A DNA stretch of 64,000 bases from NCBI GenBank assembly GCA_965247095.1, contig OZ251997.1:288001-352000 (forward strand), given 5' to 3'. Positions 29,706 to 39,241 of the stretch are shown one piece after another (positions within the stretch are counted from its first letter, which is position 1; every line of letters starts with the position of its first letter). The DNA comes from Candidatus Multivorans sp. Its GTDB lineage: Bacteria > Acidobacteriota > Thermoanaerobaculia > Multivoradales > Multivoraceae. Position numbers and translations under genes: made by a program. The notes beneath the pieces were generated by a model. It saw only the letters and a list, made by a program, of their open reading frames with translations, had not been told where the DNA came from and searched no databases.

Positions 29706-31019
29706 TTGCCCGAGCAGCAGAGGAAGTCAGAGACGGAGCAATTCAGTCCAGGGTACGCCCGCTACGTGCTCGGCGTGCTGTTCCTGGTCTACGTTTTCAA
29801 CTTCATCGACCGGCAGATCCTCTCGATCCTGATCGATCCGATCAAGGAGGAACTCGGGGCATCGGACACCCAGATGGGTTTCCTGACCGGGATCGCCTTC
29901 GCGGTCTTCTACACCGGGTTCGGCATTCCCATCGCGCGCTGGGCGGACCGCGGCGTGCGGCGGTCGATCATCGCGATCGGTCTGACCGTGTGGAGCGTGA
30001 TGACCGCGCTCTGCGGCCTGGCCCAGAACTTCCTCCAGCTTGCGGCGGCGCGCATCGGCGTCGGCGTCGGCGAAGCGGCGGGCAGCCCACCTGCGCACTC
30101 TCTGATCTCGGACTACTTCCCGCCTGAACGCCGGGCGGCGGCGCTCTCGATCTACAACATCGGCATTCCGGTGGGCGTGATGATCGGCTACCTTGCCGGC
30201 GGTTGGATCGTCGAGTTCTTCAACTGGCGGGTCGCGTTCTTCGTTGTCGGGATTCCCGGCGTGCTGCTGGCGCTTGTGATGCGCTTCACCGTTCGCGAAC
30301 CGCCGCGCGGTATGTCGGAGGCGGCGGGCGCCGATACAGAGTCGTACTCGCTGGGCGAAGTCGTCCGGTTCCTCAGGTCCCTGCGCTCCTTCATGCTGCT
30401 GGCGGTCGCTTCGGGGATCGCCTCGCTCACTGCCTACGGTTTCGGCGCCTGGGTGCCTCCCTTCCTGGGCCGGGTCCACGGCATGGGCAGCGGTGAGATC
30501 GGCACCTGGATGGGGCTCGGGACCGGCATCGGCGGCGCGCTGGGCATGGTGATCACCGGCTTCGTGGCCGACCGGTTGGCCAAGCGCGATCCACGCTGGT
30601 ACGCGTGGATCGGCGCCGGCACGATCGCCGTCTACTTCCCGTTCATGGTCGCCTTCCTGCTGGTCGACGAGGCGATTCCGGCCATCCTCTTCTACTTCGT
30701 TCCGCTGACCCTGGGCGCCGTCTATCTCGGCCCGGCGATCGCCATGACCCACGCCCTGGTCACGGTCAGGATGCGGGCGCTCGCGTCCTCCATCCTGCTG
30801 TTCATCCTGAACCTGATCGGAATGGGTCTCGGCCCGCAGATCGTCGGTTTCCTGAACGACGTGCTCGAACCCAAGTACGGCATCGAGTCGATCCGCTACT
30901 CCCTGCTCTGGGTGGGCATGGCGAAGATCCTCGCCTTGGTACTGTTCCTGCTGGCGGCGAAGTACGTCAAGGAAGACCTGAAGGCGAAGCATCGGCTGGG
31001 CGGCGCGGCGGAGGCGTAG
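29706..31019 (+). CDS. MFS transporter (spinster-like)
   Basis: FNFIDRQILSIL, ARWADRGVRR, ARIGVGVGEA, SLISDYFPPERR; start approximate. Confidence 0.92.
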   Translation: MPEQQRKSETEQFSPGYARYVLGVLFLVYVFNFIDRQILSILIDPIKEELGASDTQMGFLTGIAFAVFYTGFGIPIARWADRGVRRSIIAIGLTVWSVMTALCGLAQNFLQLAAARIGVGVGEAAGSPPAHSLISDYFPPERRAAALSIYNIGIPVGVMIGYLAGGWIVEFFNWRVAFFVVGIPGVLLALVMRFTVREPPRGMSEAAGADTESYSLGEVVRFLRSLRSFMLLAVASGIASLTAYGFGAWVPPFLGRVHGMGSGEIGTWMGLGTGIGGALGMVITGFVADRLAKRDPRWYAWIGAGTIAVYFPFMVAFLLVDEAIPAILFYFVPLTLGAVYLGPAIAMTHALVTVRMRALASSILLFILNLIGMGLGPQIVGFLNDVLEPKYGIESIRYSLLWVGMAKILALVLFLLAAKYVKEDLKAKHRLGGAAEA

Positions 31020-31042
31020 GCCTTAACCCCTGGAGAACGAAC

Positions 31043-33808
31043 ATGATGTTGACAGTGAAGCGCGCTCTGACCTTGACCGCAATCCTTGTCCTATGGCTGG
31101 GCGCGACCTCCGCGGTTTCCGCCCAGGCCCTGCCCGACGGCCTCACCAAGGTGGCGAGCGTCGAGGGGATCACCGAGTACCAGTTGGAGAACGGGCTCAG
31201 GTTCCTGCTCTTCCCCGACCAGGGCAAGCAGCAGGTCACGGTCAACATCACGTACTTCGTGGGCTCGCGCCACGAGGGCTACGGCGAGACGGGGATGGCT
31301 CACCTGCTCGAGCACCTGGCCTTCAAGGGCACGCCGAACCATCCGGACATCCCCGCCGAGCTAACCGAGCACGGCGCCTTCCCCAATGGGACGACCTGGT
31401 TCGACCGCACGAACTACTACGAGACCTTCCCGGCCACGGACGAGAACCTGGTGTGGGCGCTCGATCTGGAGGCTGACCGGATGGTCAACTCCTTCATCTC
31501 GGCCGAGGACCTCGAGTCCGAGATGACCGTGGTGCGGAACGAGTGGGAGTCGGGAGAGAACCAGCCCGGGAGCGTGCTACGGAAGCGCGTGATGTCCGCC
31601 GCCTTCGACTGGCACAACTACGGCAACTCGACGATCGGGGCGCGGGCAGACCTGGAGAACGTGCCGATCGAGCGCCTGCAGGCCTTCTACCGGAAGTACT
31701 ACCAGCCCGACAATGCGATCCTGGTGGTCGCCGGCCGGTTCGAGGTCGAGAGGGCCCTGGAACTGGCGGCGGAGAAGTTCGGCGCCATCCCGCGGCCCGA
31801 GCGGACCGGCGCGAACAGGCTGTTCGGCACCTACACGGCCGAGCCGGCGCAGGACGGTGAGCGGACGGTGACGCTACGGCGGGTCGGCGACGTGCAGCTC
31901 GTGATGGCCGCGTACCACGTGCCGCCGGGCGCCCACGAGCAGTTCGCGGCGGTCGATGTGCTGACCCACGTGCTGAGCGCCAGGCCGGCCGGACGCCTCT
32001 ACAAGAACCTTGTGGAGCCCGGGCTTGCCGCCTCGGCGTCCGCTTCGAGTCTGCAGCTCAACGAGCCCGGTGTCCTGATGGCGTCCGTCCAGGTCCGGGA
32101 GGGGGATTCGCTGGACGAGGCCGCCCGGGCTCTCTTCGCCACGATCGACGAGATCGCGGCGGCACCGCCCACCGAGGAGGAAGTGGAGCGCGCCAAGACG
32201 GACTATCTGTCGGCCATCGAACTCGCCTTCAACAACCCTCAGGGCATCGCGCTCCAGTTGAGCGAGTGGGCCTCGATGGGAGATTGGCGTCTCTTCTTCC
32301 TGCATCGGGACCGCCTGGAGCAGGTCACGGTGGAAGGGGTTCACGAGGTTGCGCAGACCTACCTGCGCGACTCGAATCGCACCGTGGGCTACTTCTATCC
32401 GACGGACGAGACGCCGGCACGGGCCGAGGTGCCTGAGCCACCTGATGTCGGCGCCTTGGTTGCGGACTACAGCGGGCGTGAGGCGGTGGCGGAAGGCGAA
32501 GCCTTCGACCCGACGCCCGCGAACATCGATCGCCGTACGCGCACGCTCACCCTTTCGAATGGCGTGAAGGTGGGGTTGCTGCCCAAGGCGAACCGGGGCG
32601 AAGCCGTCGCCGTTCAGCTTGCGTTCCGGCACGGAACCGAAGAGGCCCTGCTGGGCCGTGCTGTCGCTGGCGACCTGGCTGGCTCCATGCTGATGCGCGG
32701 TACGACGAAGCGCTCGCGACAGGAGATCAGCGACGAGCTGGATCGGCTCAAGGCGCAGGGAAGCGTCGGCGGCGGCGCGATGATCGCGAGCGGCTCCTTC
32801 ACGACGGTGCGGGAGAACCTGACTCCCGTGCTGAAGCTGGCTGGCGAGATTCTGCGTGAGCCGGCATTCGATGCGAAGGAGTTCGATCTGCTCCGCGAGG
32901 AGCGTCTGGCTCAGATCGAGTCCCAGCGGTCCGAGCCCATGGCCCAGGTGCCGCAGGCGATGAACCGGCACTTCAACCCTTGGCCGTCCGACCATCCACG
33001 GTACTCGCCTACGTTCGACGAACAGATCGAGCGCCTGAACGCGGTCACGGTGGAAGAAGCGAGAGAGTTCTGGTCCTCCTTCTACGGCGCCGAGGGCGGC
33101 ACGATCGCGGTCGTCGGGGACTTCGATGCGGACGAGATTGCAGCCGAACTCGAGCAACTGTTCGGGGACTGGCAGGCGTCCCAGCCGTACGCACGAGTGG
33201 CGGACCCGCACCGCGAGGTCGAGACGGTCTCTCTCGACATTGAGACGCCGGACAAGACGAACGCGATGATGATGGCCGCGACCACCTTTTCGATGCGCGA
33301 CGACGACGAGAACTACCCGGCGCTCGTGATGGCAAACTACATGCTGGGCGGCGGATTCCTCAGTTCGCGGCTTGCGACCCGGATACGCCAGCAGGAGGGG
33401 TTGTCGTACGGCGTCGGCTCTCAGATCGCGGCGCCGCCGGTGGACGACAGCGCGATCTTCCTGACCTACGCCATCTTCGCGCCGGAGAACGCCGACAAGG
33501 TCGTCGCCGCCTTCAGTGACGAGATGCGCAAGGCGCTCGAAGACGGCTTCACCGAAGAGGAGTTCGATGCCGCCAGGCGGGGTTACCTGGACGCGCAGCA
33601 GAACGGACGATCCCAGGATCGGACACTTGCGGCGATGCTGAACAGCAACCTGTTCTTCGGGCGGACGTTCGAGTTTGTGGCCGCGCAGGAGCGGGCGATC
33701 GAGGCTCTGACGGTCGAGCAGGTCAACGAGACCCTCCGCCGTCACATCTCCCTCGATGGCATCTCGGTCGTCCGCGGCGGCGACTTCGCAAACAAGCTGA
33801 GCCAGTAG
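31043..33808 (+). CDS. M16 family zinc protease (insulinase/pitrilysin-like), exported
   Basis: Signal peptide, GMAHLLEHLAFKG, NGTTWFDRTNY, SRLATRIRQQEGLSYG. Confidence 0.94.
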   Translation: MMLTVKRALTLTAILVLWLGATSAVSAQALPDGLTKVASVEGITEYQLENGLRFLLFPDQGKQQVTVNITYFVGSRHEGYGETGMAHLLEHLAFKGTPNHPDIPAELTEHGAFPNGTTWFDRTNYYETFPATDENLVWALDLEADRMVNSFISAEDLESEMTVVRNEWESGENQPGSVLRKRVMSAAFDWHNYGNSTIGARADLENVPIERLQAFYRKYYQPDNAILVVAGRFEVERALELAAEKFGAIPRPERTGANRLFGTYTAEPAQDGERTVTLRRVGDVQLVMAAYHVPPGAHEQFAAVDVLTHVLSARPAGRLYKNLVEPGLAASASASSLQLNEPGVLMASVQVREGDSLDEAARALFATIDEIAAAPPTEEEVERAKTDYLSAIELAFNNPQGIALQLSEWASMGDWRLFFLHRDRLEQVTVEGVHEVAQTYLRDSNRTVGYFYPTDETPARAEVPEPPDVGALVADYSGREAVAEGEAFDPTPANIDRRTRTLTLSNGVKVGLLPKANRGEAVAVQLAFRHGTEEALLGRAVAGDLAGSMLMRGTTKRSRQEISDELDRLKAQGSVGGGAMIASGSFTTVRENLTPVLKLAGEILREPAFDAKEFDLLREERLAQIESQRSEPMAQVPQAMNRHFNPWPSDHPRYSPTFDEQIERLNAVTVEEAREFWSSFYGAEGGTIAVVGDFDADEIAAELEQLFGDWQASQPYARVADPHREVETVSLDIETPDKTNAMMMAATTFSMRDDDENYPALVMANYMLGGGFLSSRLATRIRQQEGLSYGVGSQIAAPPVDDSAIFLTYAIFAPENADKVVAAFSDEMRKALEDGFTEEEFDAARRGYLDAQQNGRSQDRTLAAMLNSNLFFGRTFEFVAAQERAIEALTVEQVNETLRRHISLDGISVVRGGDFANKLSQ

Positions 33809-33817
33809 CCGGCGTTT

Positions 33818-33931
33818 CCTGGGAACCCGGGTGGCGCGACCCGCGCCACCCGCGAACCGCTCCGAGCGCCCGTCATCGGGCGCGCGGATGGCACCCGGGC
33901 GTCTCGCCCGCATCCGGCGCGCAGCGCCGGC
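33818..33931. repeat. Composite: family C repeat interrupted by a family A unit (33827-33894)
   Basis: CCTGGGAAC[68 bp A ending GCAC]CCGGGCGTCTCGCCCGCATCCGG. Confidence 0.88.
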
Positions 33932-33943
33932 CTCCGCTCCGTC

Positions 33944-35950
33944 CTACTCCACAGCCTCGCCGCCAATCGCCGCCACCAACGCCGCGATCGAGTCCGGGTT
34001 CTCCAGCGTCCCCACGTTGACTGCCCGCTCCACCGGCTCGCCGGCGAGGATCCGCTTGATCGGCACCTCCAGCTTCTTGCCGGAGAGCGTCGTCGGCACC
34101 TCGGGAATCGCGCGGATCTCGTCCGGCCCGTGCCGTGGCGAGAGCCGCTTCCGCAGGTGGCGGCGGATGCGGTCGGCGAGCGCCGCGTCGAGCGACACTC
34201 CGTCGCGCGGCACGACGAATAGCCACAGCTTTCCTTCGCGATCCAGACTCCCGGTGTCCACGATCACGCAGTCTTCGATCTCGGGCAGCTCCGCGGCAGC
34301 GCGGTAGAACTCGGAGGTGCCCATCCGCACCCCGCCGCGGTTGAGCGTCGAGTCGGAGCGGCCGTAGATCAGGGAGCTGCCTTCTCCATCGAACTCGATC
34401 CAGTCGCCGTGGCGCCAGACGCCCGGCCAGTGGTCGAAATAGCTGTCCCGGTAGCGCTTGCCCGAACCGTCGTTCCAGAAGAAGAGCGGCATGGACGGCA
34501 GCGGTTCGGTGATCACCAGTTCTCCGACCTGCCCGGTGACGGCGCGGCCGCTCTCGTCGAAGGCCTCGACCTTCGCGCCCAGCGATCGGCACTGAATGCG
34601 TCCGCGACGGACCGGCTGCAGCGGGTTCGGGCCGACGAAGCCGGTGCAGACATCCGTGCCGCCGGACAGAGAACCGAGCCAGACATCGGACTTCACGTGC
34701 TCGTACACCCAGTCGAACCCCTCGGCCGGCAGCGGCGCGCCGGTAGAGCCGACGGCCCGCAGGGCGTCAAAGCCGAATTGCTTGCCCGGCTCCAGGCCGG
34801 CAGTCCGGCAGGCCAGCAGGAAGGGCGCGCTGACGCCGAAACACGTCACTGCCTCCTCGTCGGCGAGGCCATAGAGAGCCTCCAGGTCGGGCCAGCCGGG
34901 CGAGCCGTCGTAGAGCACGACGGTGGCGCCCACCAGAAGCCCTGAGACCAGGTAGTTCCACATCATCCAGCCGGTGGTCGTGTACCAGAAGAAGCGGTCG
35001 TTGGGCCCCAGGTCCGTGTGCAGCGAGAGCTGTTTCAGGTGCTCGAGGAGGATGCCGCCGTGCCCCTGCACGATCGCCTTGGGCAGACCGGTCGTGCCGG
35101 ACGAGTAGAGGATCCACAGCGGGTGGTCGAAGGGAACCGGCTCGAAGGCGAGTTCGCCGCTCTCGGCGGTCAGTTGCGCCCAGGTCAGGTCCATGGACGC
35201 TCGGCCGCCACCGCCACCGCCACCGCCACCGCCACCGCCGGCGCCACCGCCACCGCCGGCGCCGGGAACCAGAACCGCCGCCTCCAGGGTCGGCAGGGCG
35301 CCGACGATCCGCTCCAGGTCGCCGCTGCGGTCGAACCAGCGGCCGTTGTAGCCGTAGCCGTCGGTTCCGATCAGCACCTTCGGCTCGATCTGGCGGAAGC
35401 GGTCGAGCACGCTGTCCTTGCCGAACTCGGGCGGGCAGCTCGACCAGATCGCGCCCAGGCTGGCCGTGGCCAGAAGGCCGATCGCGGCCTCCGCGCTGTT
35501 GGGCAGGTAGGTGACCACCCGGTCGCCGACACCGACGCCGAGGCGCTGCAGTCCGGCTCGCGCGGCCGCGACTTCGCGGCGCAGGTCGTCCCGGCTCAGT
35601 TCCCGCCGGGGGCCCGCTTCGCTGCGGCAGATGAGAGCCGGTTCCGCACCGCCGCTGGCCAGGGCATGCTCGGCGTAGTTCAGGGTCGCGCACGGGAACC
35701 ACTCGGCGCCCGGCAAGGACCTGTTTCCGATCACCCGCTTGGCGGGGGTGTGAAGCCGGACCTCGAAGTACTCGGCGATCGATCCCCAGAACCCGTCCAG
35801 ATCGGTCACCGACCACTGCCAGAGTTCCTCGTAGCCGGCGAATCGAAGCCCACGCTCGTACTCCAGCCAGCGCAGGTAGCCGGTCAGGTTGCAGCGTTCG
35901 ATCCGCTTCGGCGAAGGCTGCCAGACGATCTCGGGGTCCATGACGTTCAC
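33944..35950 (-). CDS. Acetoacetate--CoA ligase
   Basis: LNYAEH, SSCPPEFG..SVLDRFRQIEPK, YSSGTTGLPK, YTTTGWMMWN, SGGTD, GRSDSTLNRGGVRMG. Confidence 0.93.
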   Translation of the reverse strand: MNVMDPEIVWQPSPKRIERCNLTGYLRWLEYERGLRFAGYEELWQWSVTDLDGFWGSIAEYFEVRLHTPAKRVIGNRSLPGAEWFPCATLNYAEHALASGGAEPALICRSEAGPRRELSRDDLRREVAAARAGLQRLGVGVGDRVVTYLPNSAEAAIGLLATASLGAIWSSCPPEFGKDSVLDRFRQIEPKVLIGTDGYGYNGRWFDRSGDLERIVGALPTLEAAVLVPGAGGGGGAGGGGGGGGGGGGRASMDLTWAQLTAESGELAFEPVPFDHPLWILYSSGTTGLPKAIVQGHGGILLEHLKQLSLHTDLGPNDRFFWYTTTGWMMWNYLVSGLLVGATVVLYDGSPGWPDLEALYGLADEEAVTCFGVSAPFLLACRTAGLEPGKQFGFDALRAVGSTGAPLPAEGFDWVYEHVKSDVWLGSLSGGTDVCTGFVGPNPLQPVRRGRIQCRSLGAKVEAFDESGRAVTGQVGELVITEPLPSMPLFFWNDGSGKRYRDSYFDHWPGVWRHGDWIEFDGEGSSLIYGRSDSTLNRGGVRMGTSEFYRAAAELPEIEDCVIVDTGSLDREGKLWLFVVPRDGVSLDAALADRIRRHLRKRLSPRHGPDEIRAIPEVPTTLSGKKLEVPIKRILAGEPVERAVNVGTLENPDSIAALVAAIGGEAVE
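35204..35263 (-). repeat. (CCACCG)n microsatellite encoding a poly-Gly tract
   Basis: Encodes GAGGGGGAGGGGGGGGGGGG inside the ligase. Confidence 0.9.
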
Positions 35951-36035
35951 TCACCGGTTTTCCGCACGGCTCAGACCGCGGCGGCAGCGACCGCTAGGCT
36001 GATTCGGACGGTCACAACACAAGGGAGGCTAGACG

Positions 36036-36503
36036 ATGAAGCATCTTCCACTGATTGCTCGCATCCTGCTGGGGCTGATCTTCGCAGTCTTTGGCGTCAT
36101 CGGCCTGTTCGAGCTGGGGCCGGAGCCGGAGATGGGAGAGGAGGCTGCGGCCTTCATGGGAGCGATCATGGATACGGGCTACCTGTGGCCGGTGATCAAG
36201 GTGGCCGAGATCGTCTGCGGCGTGCTGCTGATCCTCGGCCTGTTCGTGCCGCTCGCTCTCGTGGTGCTGGCGCCGATCGTCCTGAACATCCTGCTCTTCC
36301 ACGTTTTCCTGGCGCCCGAGAGCGTGGTCATCGGCGTCGTGGCGGTGGTGCTCGGCCTCTACGTCGCTCACCAGCACCGGTCGAGCTTGAGCGCCGTTCT
36401 GCAGCGCAAGGCCGAAGCCCGGAACCCGCCCCGGCGGGTGCTACGAATCCGTGCCGACCGCGATCAGGTGACGGCGCGCCCGGAAGTAGATGACGCCGTC
36501 TGA
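36036..36503 (+). CDS. DoxX-like membrane protein
   Basis: ARILLGLIF, TGYLWPVIKVAEIVCG, LAPIVLNILLFH; tail overlaps the convergent gene. Confidence 0.85.
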   Translation: MKHLPLIARILLGLIFAVFGVIGLFELGPEPEMGEEAAAFMGAIMDTGYLWPVIKVAEIVCGVLLILGLFVPLALVVLAPIVLNILLFHVFLAPESVVIGVVAVVLGLYVAHQHRSSLSAVLQRKAEARNPPRRVLRIRADRDQVTARPEVDDAV

Positions 36504-37793
36504 GATGGCGGGCGTCGCCATCAGGGTTTCGCCGAGTTCGTTGACGGCGATCTCGTTCAGTGCCGCGCCGGGTTCGATGACGTACACGTCGCCGTCCTCG
36601 CTGCTGAAGTAGATGCGGTCGCCGGCGGCGACCGCCGAGGCGCTGAAGCCGGAGGCGCCGCGTCCCAGGCGTTTCTGGGTCAGGCGTTCGCCGGTCCTCC
36701 AGTCGACGACGGTGACGACCCCGTTGTCGTAGCAGAAGTAGGCAAGATCGCCGACGACGATCGGCGTCTGCATGTAGTTCCCCAACCGTTCGTGGAACCA
36801 GGCCATTGCGTCGTGGTCGGGATCGAGCTTGCCCCTGGCGTCCGGATCGATGGCGTAGATCGGCTTCAGCCGGCCATGGGCGTTCGTGATCAGGATCGGA
36901 CCTTCGCCGGCGCGGATCGGCGTGGGCACCGGGATGTCGCCGCCGCCTTCGAGCCGCCACAGTTCCTCGCCGGTGTCGAAGTCGTAGCCGCCGATATGGC
37001 GATAGCCGTTGACGACGACCTGCCGGCCGCCATCGCCGCGCGGGAAGACGGCGGGCGTGCTCCAGGTGGCGACCTCTTCGCGCGGTGTCCGCCAGATGTC
37101 CTCGCCGGTCGTGGCATCCAGGACCGTGACAAAGGAGTCGCTCAGGATGTCGACCTGGATGATCACCCGGCCGTCGTGGACGATCGGCGAACTGGCGAAT
37201 CCCCACTCGTAGGTGGGGAAGTCGTAGGGACCGGAGTCGAGCACGCCGAACTGCCGGTTCCAGAGAGGGTTGCCGTCCAGGTCGTAGGCGTGGAGCCCCT
37301 CCGAACCGAAGAACGCCACCAGGACGCGGCCGTCGGTCGCCGGCGTCGAGTTCGTATGCGACGCCTTCATGTGGCGCTTGATTGCGGGCGTGCCGTGGAA
37401 GGCGGTCTGTTGCCATAGCAGCTCGCCGCTCCGTTTGTCGAAGGCGAGCACCTGGAACCGCTGAGGCGGCTCGCCCGCAACCGGCGTACCGTCGCCGTAG
37501 AGACCGACCTTGAGCGACGCCTCGCCGCGTTCGGGCACCGCCGAGGTCAGAAACAGACGGTCGCCCCAGATCACCGGGCTCGAATGGCCAAGGCCAGGAA
37601 CCGGAACGCGGAAGAGGACGTTCTCGCCGGTCTCCACGTTCCAGGTCGCCGGCGGCGATCCGGTGCCCCTGCCGTCCGCGCCGTTGCCGCGGAAGGAAGG
37701 CCAGTTGTCCGAGGCGGCGAGGGGCAGGGCCGCCGCGGCAAGCGCGAATGTCGCGAGGACCGAGGAAACCCGTCTCCTGGAGAAGGCCGTCAC
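36441..37793 (-). CDS. PQQ-binding-like beta-propeller protein (paralog 1)
   Basis: Signal peptide, NWPSFRG, GHSSPVIWGD, NSTPATDG, FASSP, ATPAISDG. Confidence 0.9.
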   Translation of the reverse strand: MTAFSRRRVSSVLATFALAAAALPLAASDNWPSFRGNGADGRGTGSPPATWNVETGENVLFRVPVPGLGHSSPVIWGDRLFLTSAVPERGEASLKVGLYGDGTPVAGEPPQRFQVLAFDKRSGELLWQQTAFHGTPAIKRHMKASHTNSTPATDGRVLVAFFGSEGLHAYDLDGNPLWNRQFGVLDSGPYDFPTYEWGFASSPIVHDGRVIIQVDILSDSFVTVLDATTGEDIWRTPREEVATWSTPAVFPRGDGGRQVVVNGYRHIGGYDFDTGEELWRLEGGGDIPVPTPIRAGEGPILITNAHGRLKPIYAIDPDARGKLDPDHDAMAWFHERLGNYMQTPIVVGDLAYFCYDNGVVTVVDWRTGERLTQKRLGRGASGFSASAVAAGDRIYFSSEDGDVYVIEPGAALNEIAVNELGETLMATPAISDGVIYFRARRHLIAVGTDS

Positions 37794-37799
37794 GGCGAG

Positions 37800-39158
37800 C
37801 TACGACCCGGCGCCGACGGCGATCAGGTGGCGCCTTGCCCGGAAGTAGATGACGCCGTCCGAGATCGCCGGCGTCGCCATCAGGGTCTCGCCCAGTTCGT
37901 TGACTGCGAGTTCGTTCAACTCGGGGCCCGGCTCGATGACGTAGACGTCGCCGTCCTCGCTATTGAAGTAGATGTGACCGCCGGCGGCGACCGGCGAGGC
38001 GGTGAAGCCGGAAGCGCCGCGGCCCAGGCGTTTCTGAGCGACGCGCTCGCCGCTCTTCCAGTCGAGCACGGTGACCACGCCGTTGTCGAAGCCGAAGTAG
38101 GCGAGGTCGCCCACCACGATCGGCGTCTGCATGTAGTTGCCGAGCCGGCCATGGAACCAAGCCATTGCTTCGTGGTCGGGGTCGATTCCGCCCGCCGCGT
38201 CCAGATTAATGGCGTAGATGGGCCGCATGCGCCCGTGGGCGCTGGTGATCAGGATCGGGCCGTCGCCGGCGCGAATCGGCGTCGGCACCGGGATGTCGCC
38301 GCCTCCCGCGAGCCGCCACAGTTCCTCACCGGTGTCGAAGTCGTAGCCGCCGATGTGCTTGTAGCCGTTGACGACGATCTGACGACCGCCGTCGCGCCGC
38401 GGGAACACGGCGGGTGTGCTCCAGGTCGGAATCTCGTCGCGCCCGGTACGCCAGATGTCCTCGCCAGTGGCGGCGTCGAGAACCGCAAGGAAGGAGTCGC
38501 CCTGCACGTCGACCTGGATAATCAGGCGGCCGTCATGGATCAGCGGCGAGCTGGCGAAGCCCCACTGCGCCGTCTTGACCATGAAGTAGCCTGAGTCGAG
38601 CAGCCCGAACTGGCGGTTCCAGAGCGGGTTGCCGTCCAGGTCGTAGGCGTGCAGGCCTTCGGACCCGAAGAAGACGACCAGCACCTCCCCGTCGGTCGCC
38701 GGCGTCGAGTTCGTGTGGGATGCCTTGGTGTGGCGCTTGATGGCCGGCGTGCCCTCAAAGGCCGTCTGCTGCCAGAGCAGTTCGCCGCTCCGTTTGTCGT
38801 ACGCCAGCAGCTTGTAGCGCTGCGGCGGTTCGCCCACGACGGGCGCGATGTCGCCGTAGAGGCCGACCTTGAGCGATGCCTCCTCGCCTTCGGGCACCGA
38901 GGAGGTCAGGAACAGACGGTCGCCCCAGATCACCGGACTTGAGTGCCCGAGGCCGGGCACGGCGACCCGGAAGAGGATGTTCTCACCGGTCTCGACGTTC
39001 CAGGTCGCCGGCGGCGTGCCGGTGCCGTTCCCGTCCGCCGCGTTGCCACGGAAGGATGGCCAGTTGTCGGATGCGGCTGCGAGCGGTGACGTCGCCGCAG
39101 CCAGGACGGCCACGACGAGGAGGCGTTTGAGCGTCGGGATCTGTATTGATCTACTCAT
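37800..39158 (-). CDS. PQQ-binding-like beta-propeller protein (paralog 2)
   Basis: Same motifs; collinear close paralog of 36441..37793. Confidence 0.9.
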   Translation of the reverse strand: MSRSIQIPTLKRLLVVAVLAAATSPLAAASDNWPSFRGNAADGNGTGTPPATWNVETGENILFRVAVPGLGHSSPVIWGDRLFLTSSVPEGEEASLKVGLYGDIAPVVGEPPQRYKLLAYDKRSGELLWQQTAFEGTPAIKRHTKASHTNSTPATDGEVLVVFFGSEGLHAYDLDGNPLWNRQFGLLDSGYFMVKTAQWGFASSPLIHDGRLIIQVDVQGDSFLAVLDAATGEDIWRTGRDEIPTWSTPAVFPRRDGGRQIVVNGYKHIGGYDFDTGEELWRLAGGGDIPVPTPIRAGDGPILITSAHGRMRPIYAINLDAAGGIDPDHEAMAWFHGRLGNYMQTPIVVGDLAYFGFDNGVVTVLDWKSGERVAQKRLGRGASGFTASPVAAGGHIYFNSEDGDVYVIEPGPELNELAVNELGETLMATPAISDGVIYFRARRHLIAVGAGS

Positions 39159-39169
39159 GGGTGAAGTAT

Positions 39170-39235
39170 GTGCCATCCGTGCGCCCGATGACGTGCGCAC
39201 GGCGTGGGTCGCAGGCGCCGCTGAGGTCCGGGTTG
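39170..39235 (+). repeat. Repeat family A degenerate copy
   Basis: GTGCCATCCGTGCGCCCGATGACGTGCGCACGG followed by an eroded second half ending CCGGGTTG. Confidence 0.7.
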
Positions 39236-39241
39236 GGTCTA

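Noticed and set aside
30605-31042. N-terminal extensions suggesting fusions (also 19373-19945, 24596-25162, 25075-25530, 60746-62575, 9194-9412)
   Set aside because: They overlap other genes; downstream starts with an RBS, signal peptide or stop/start overlap fit better.
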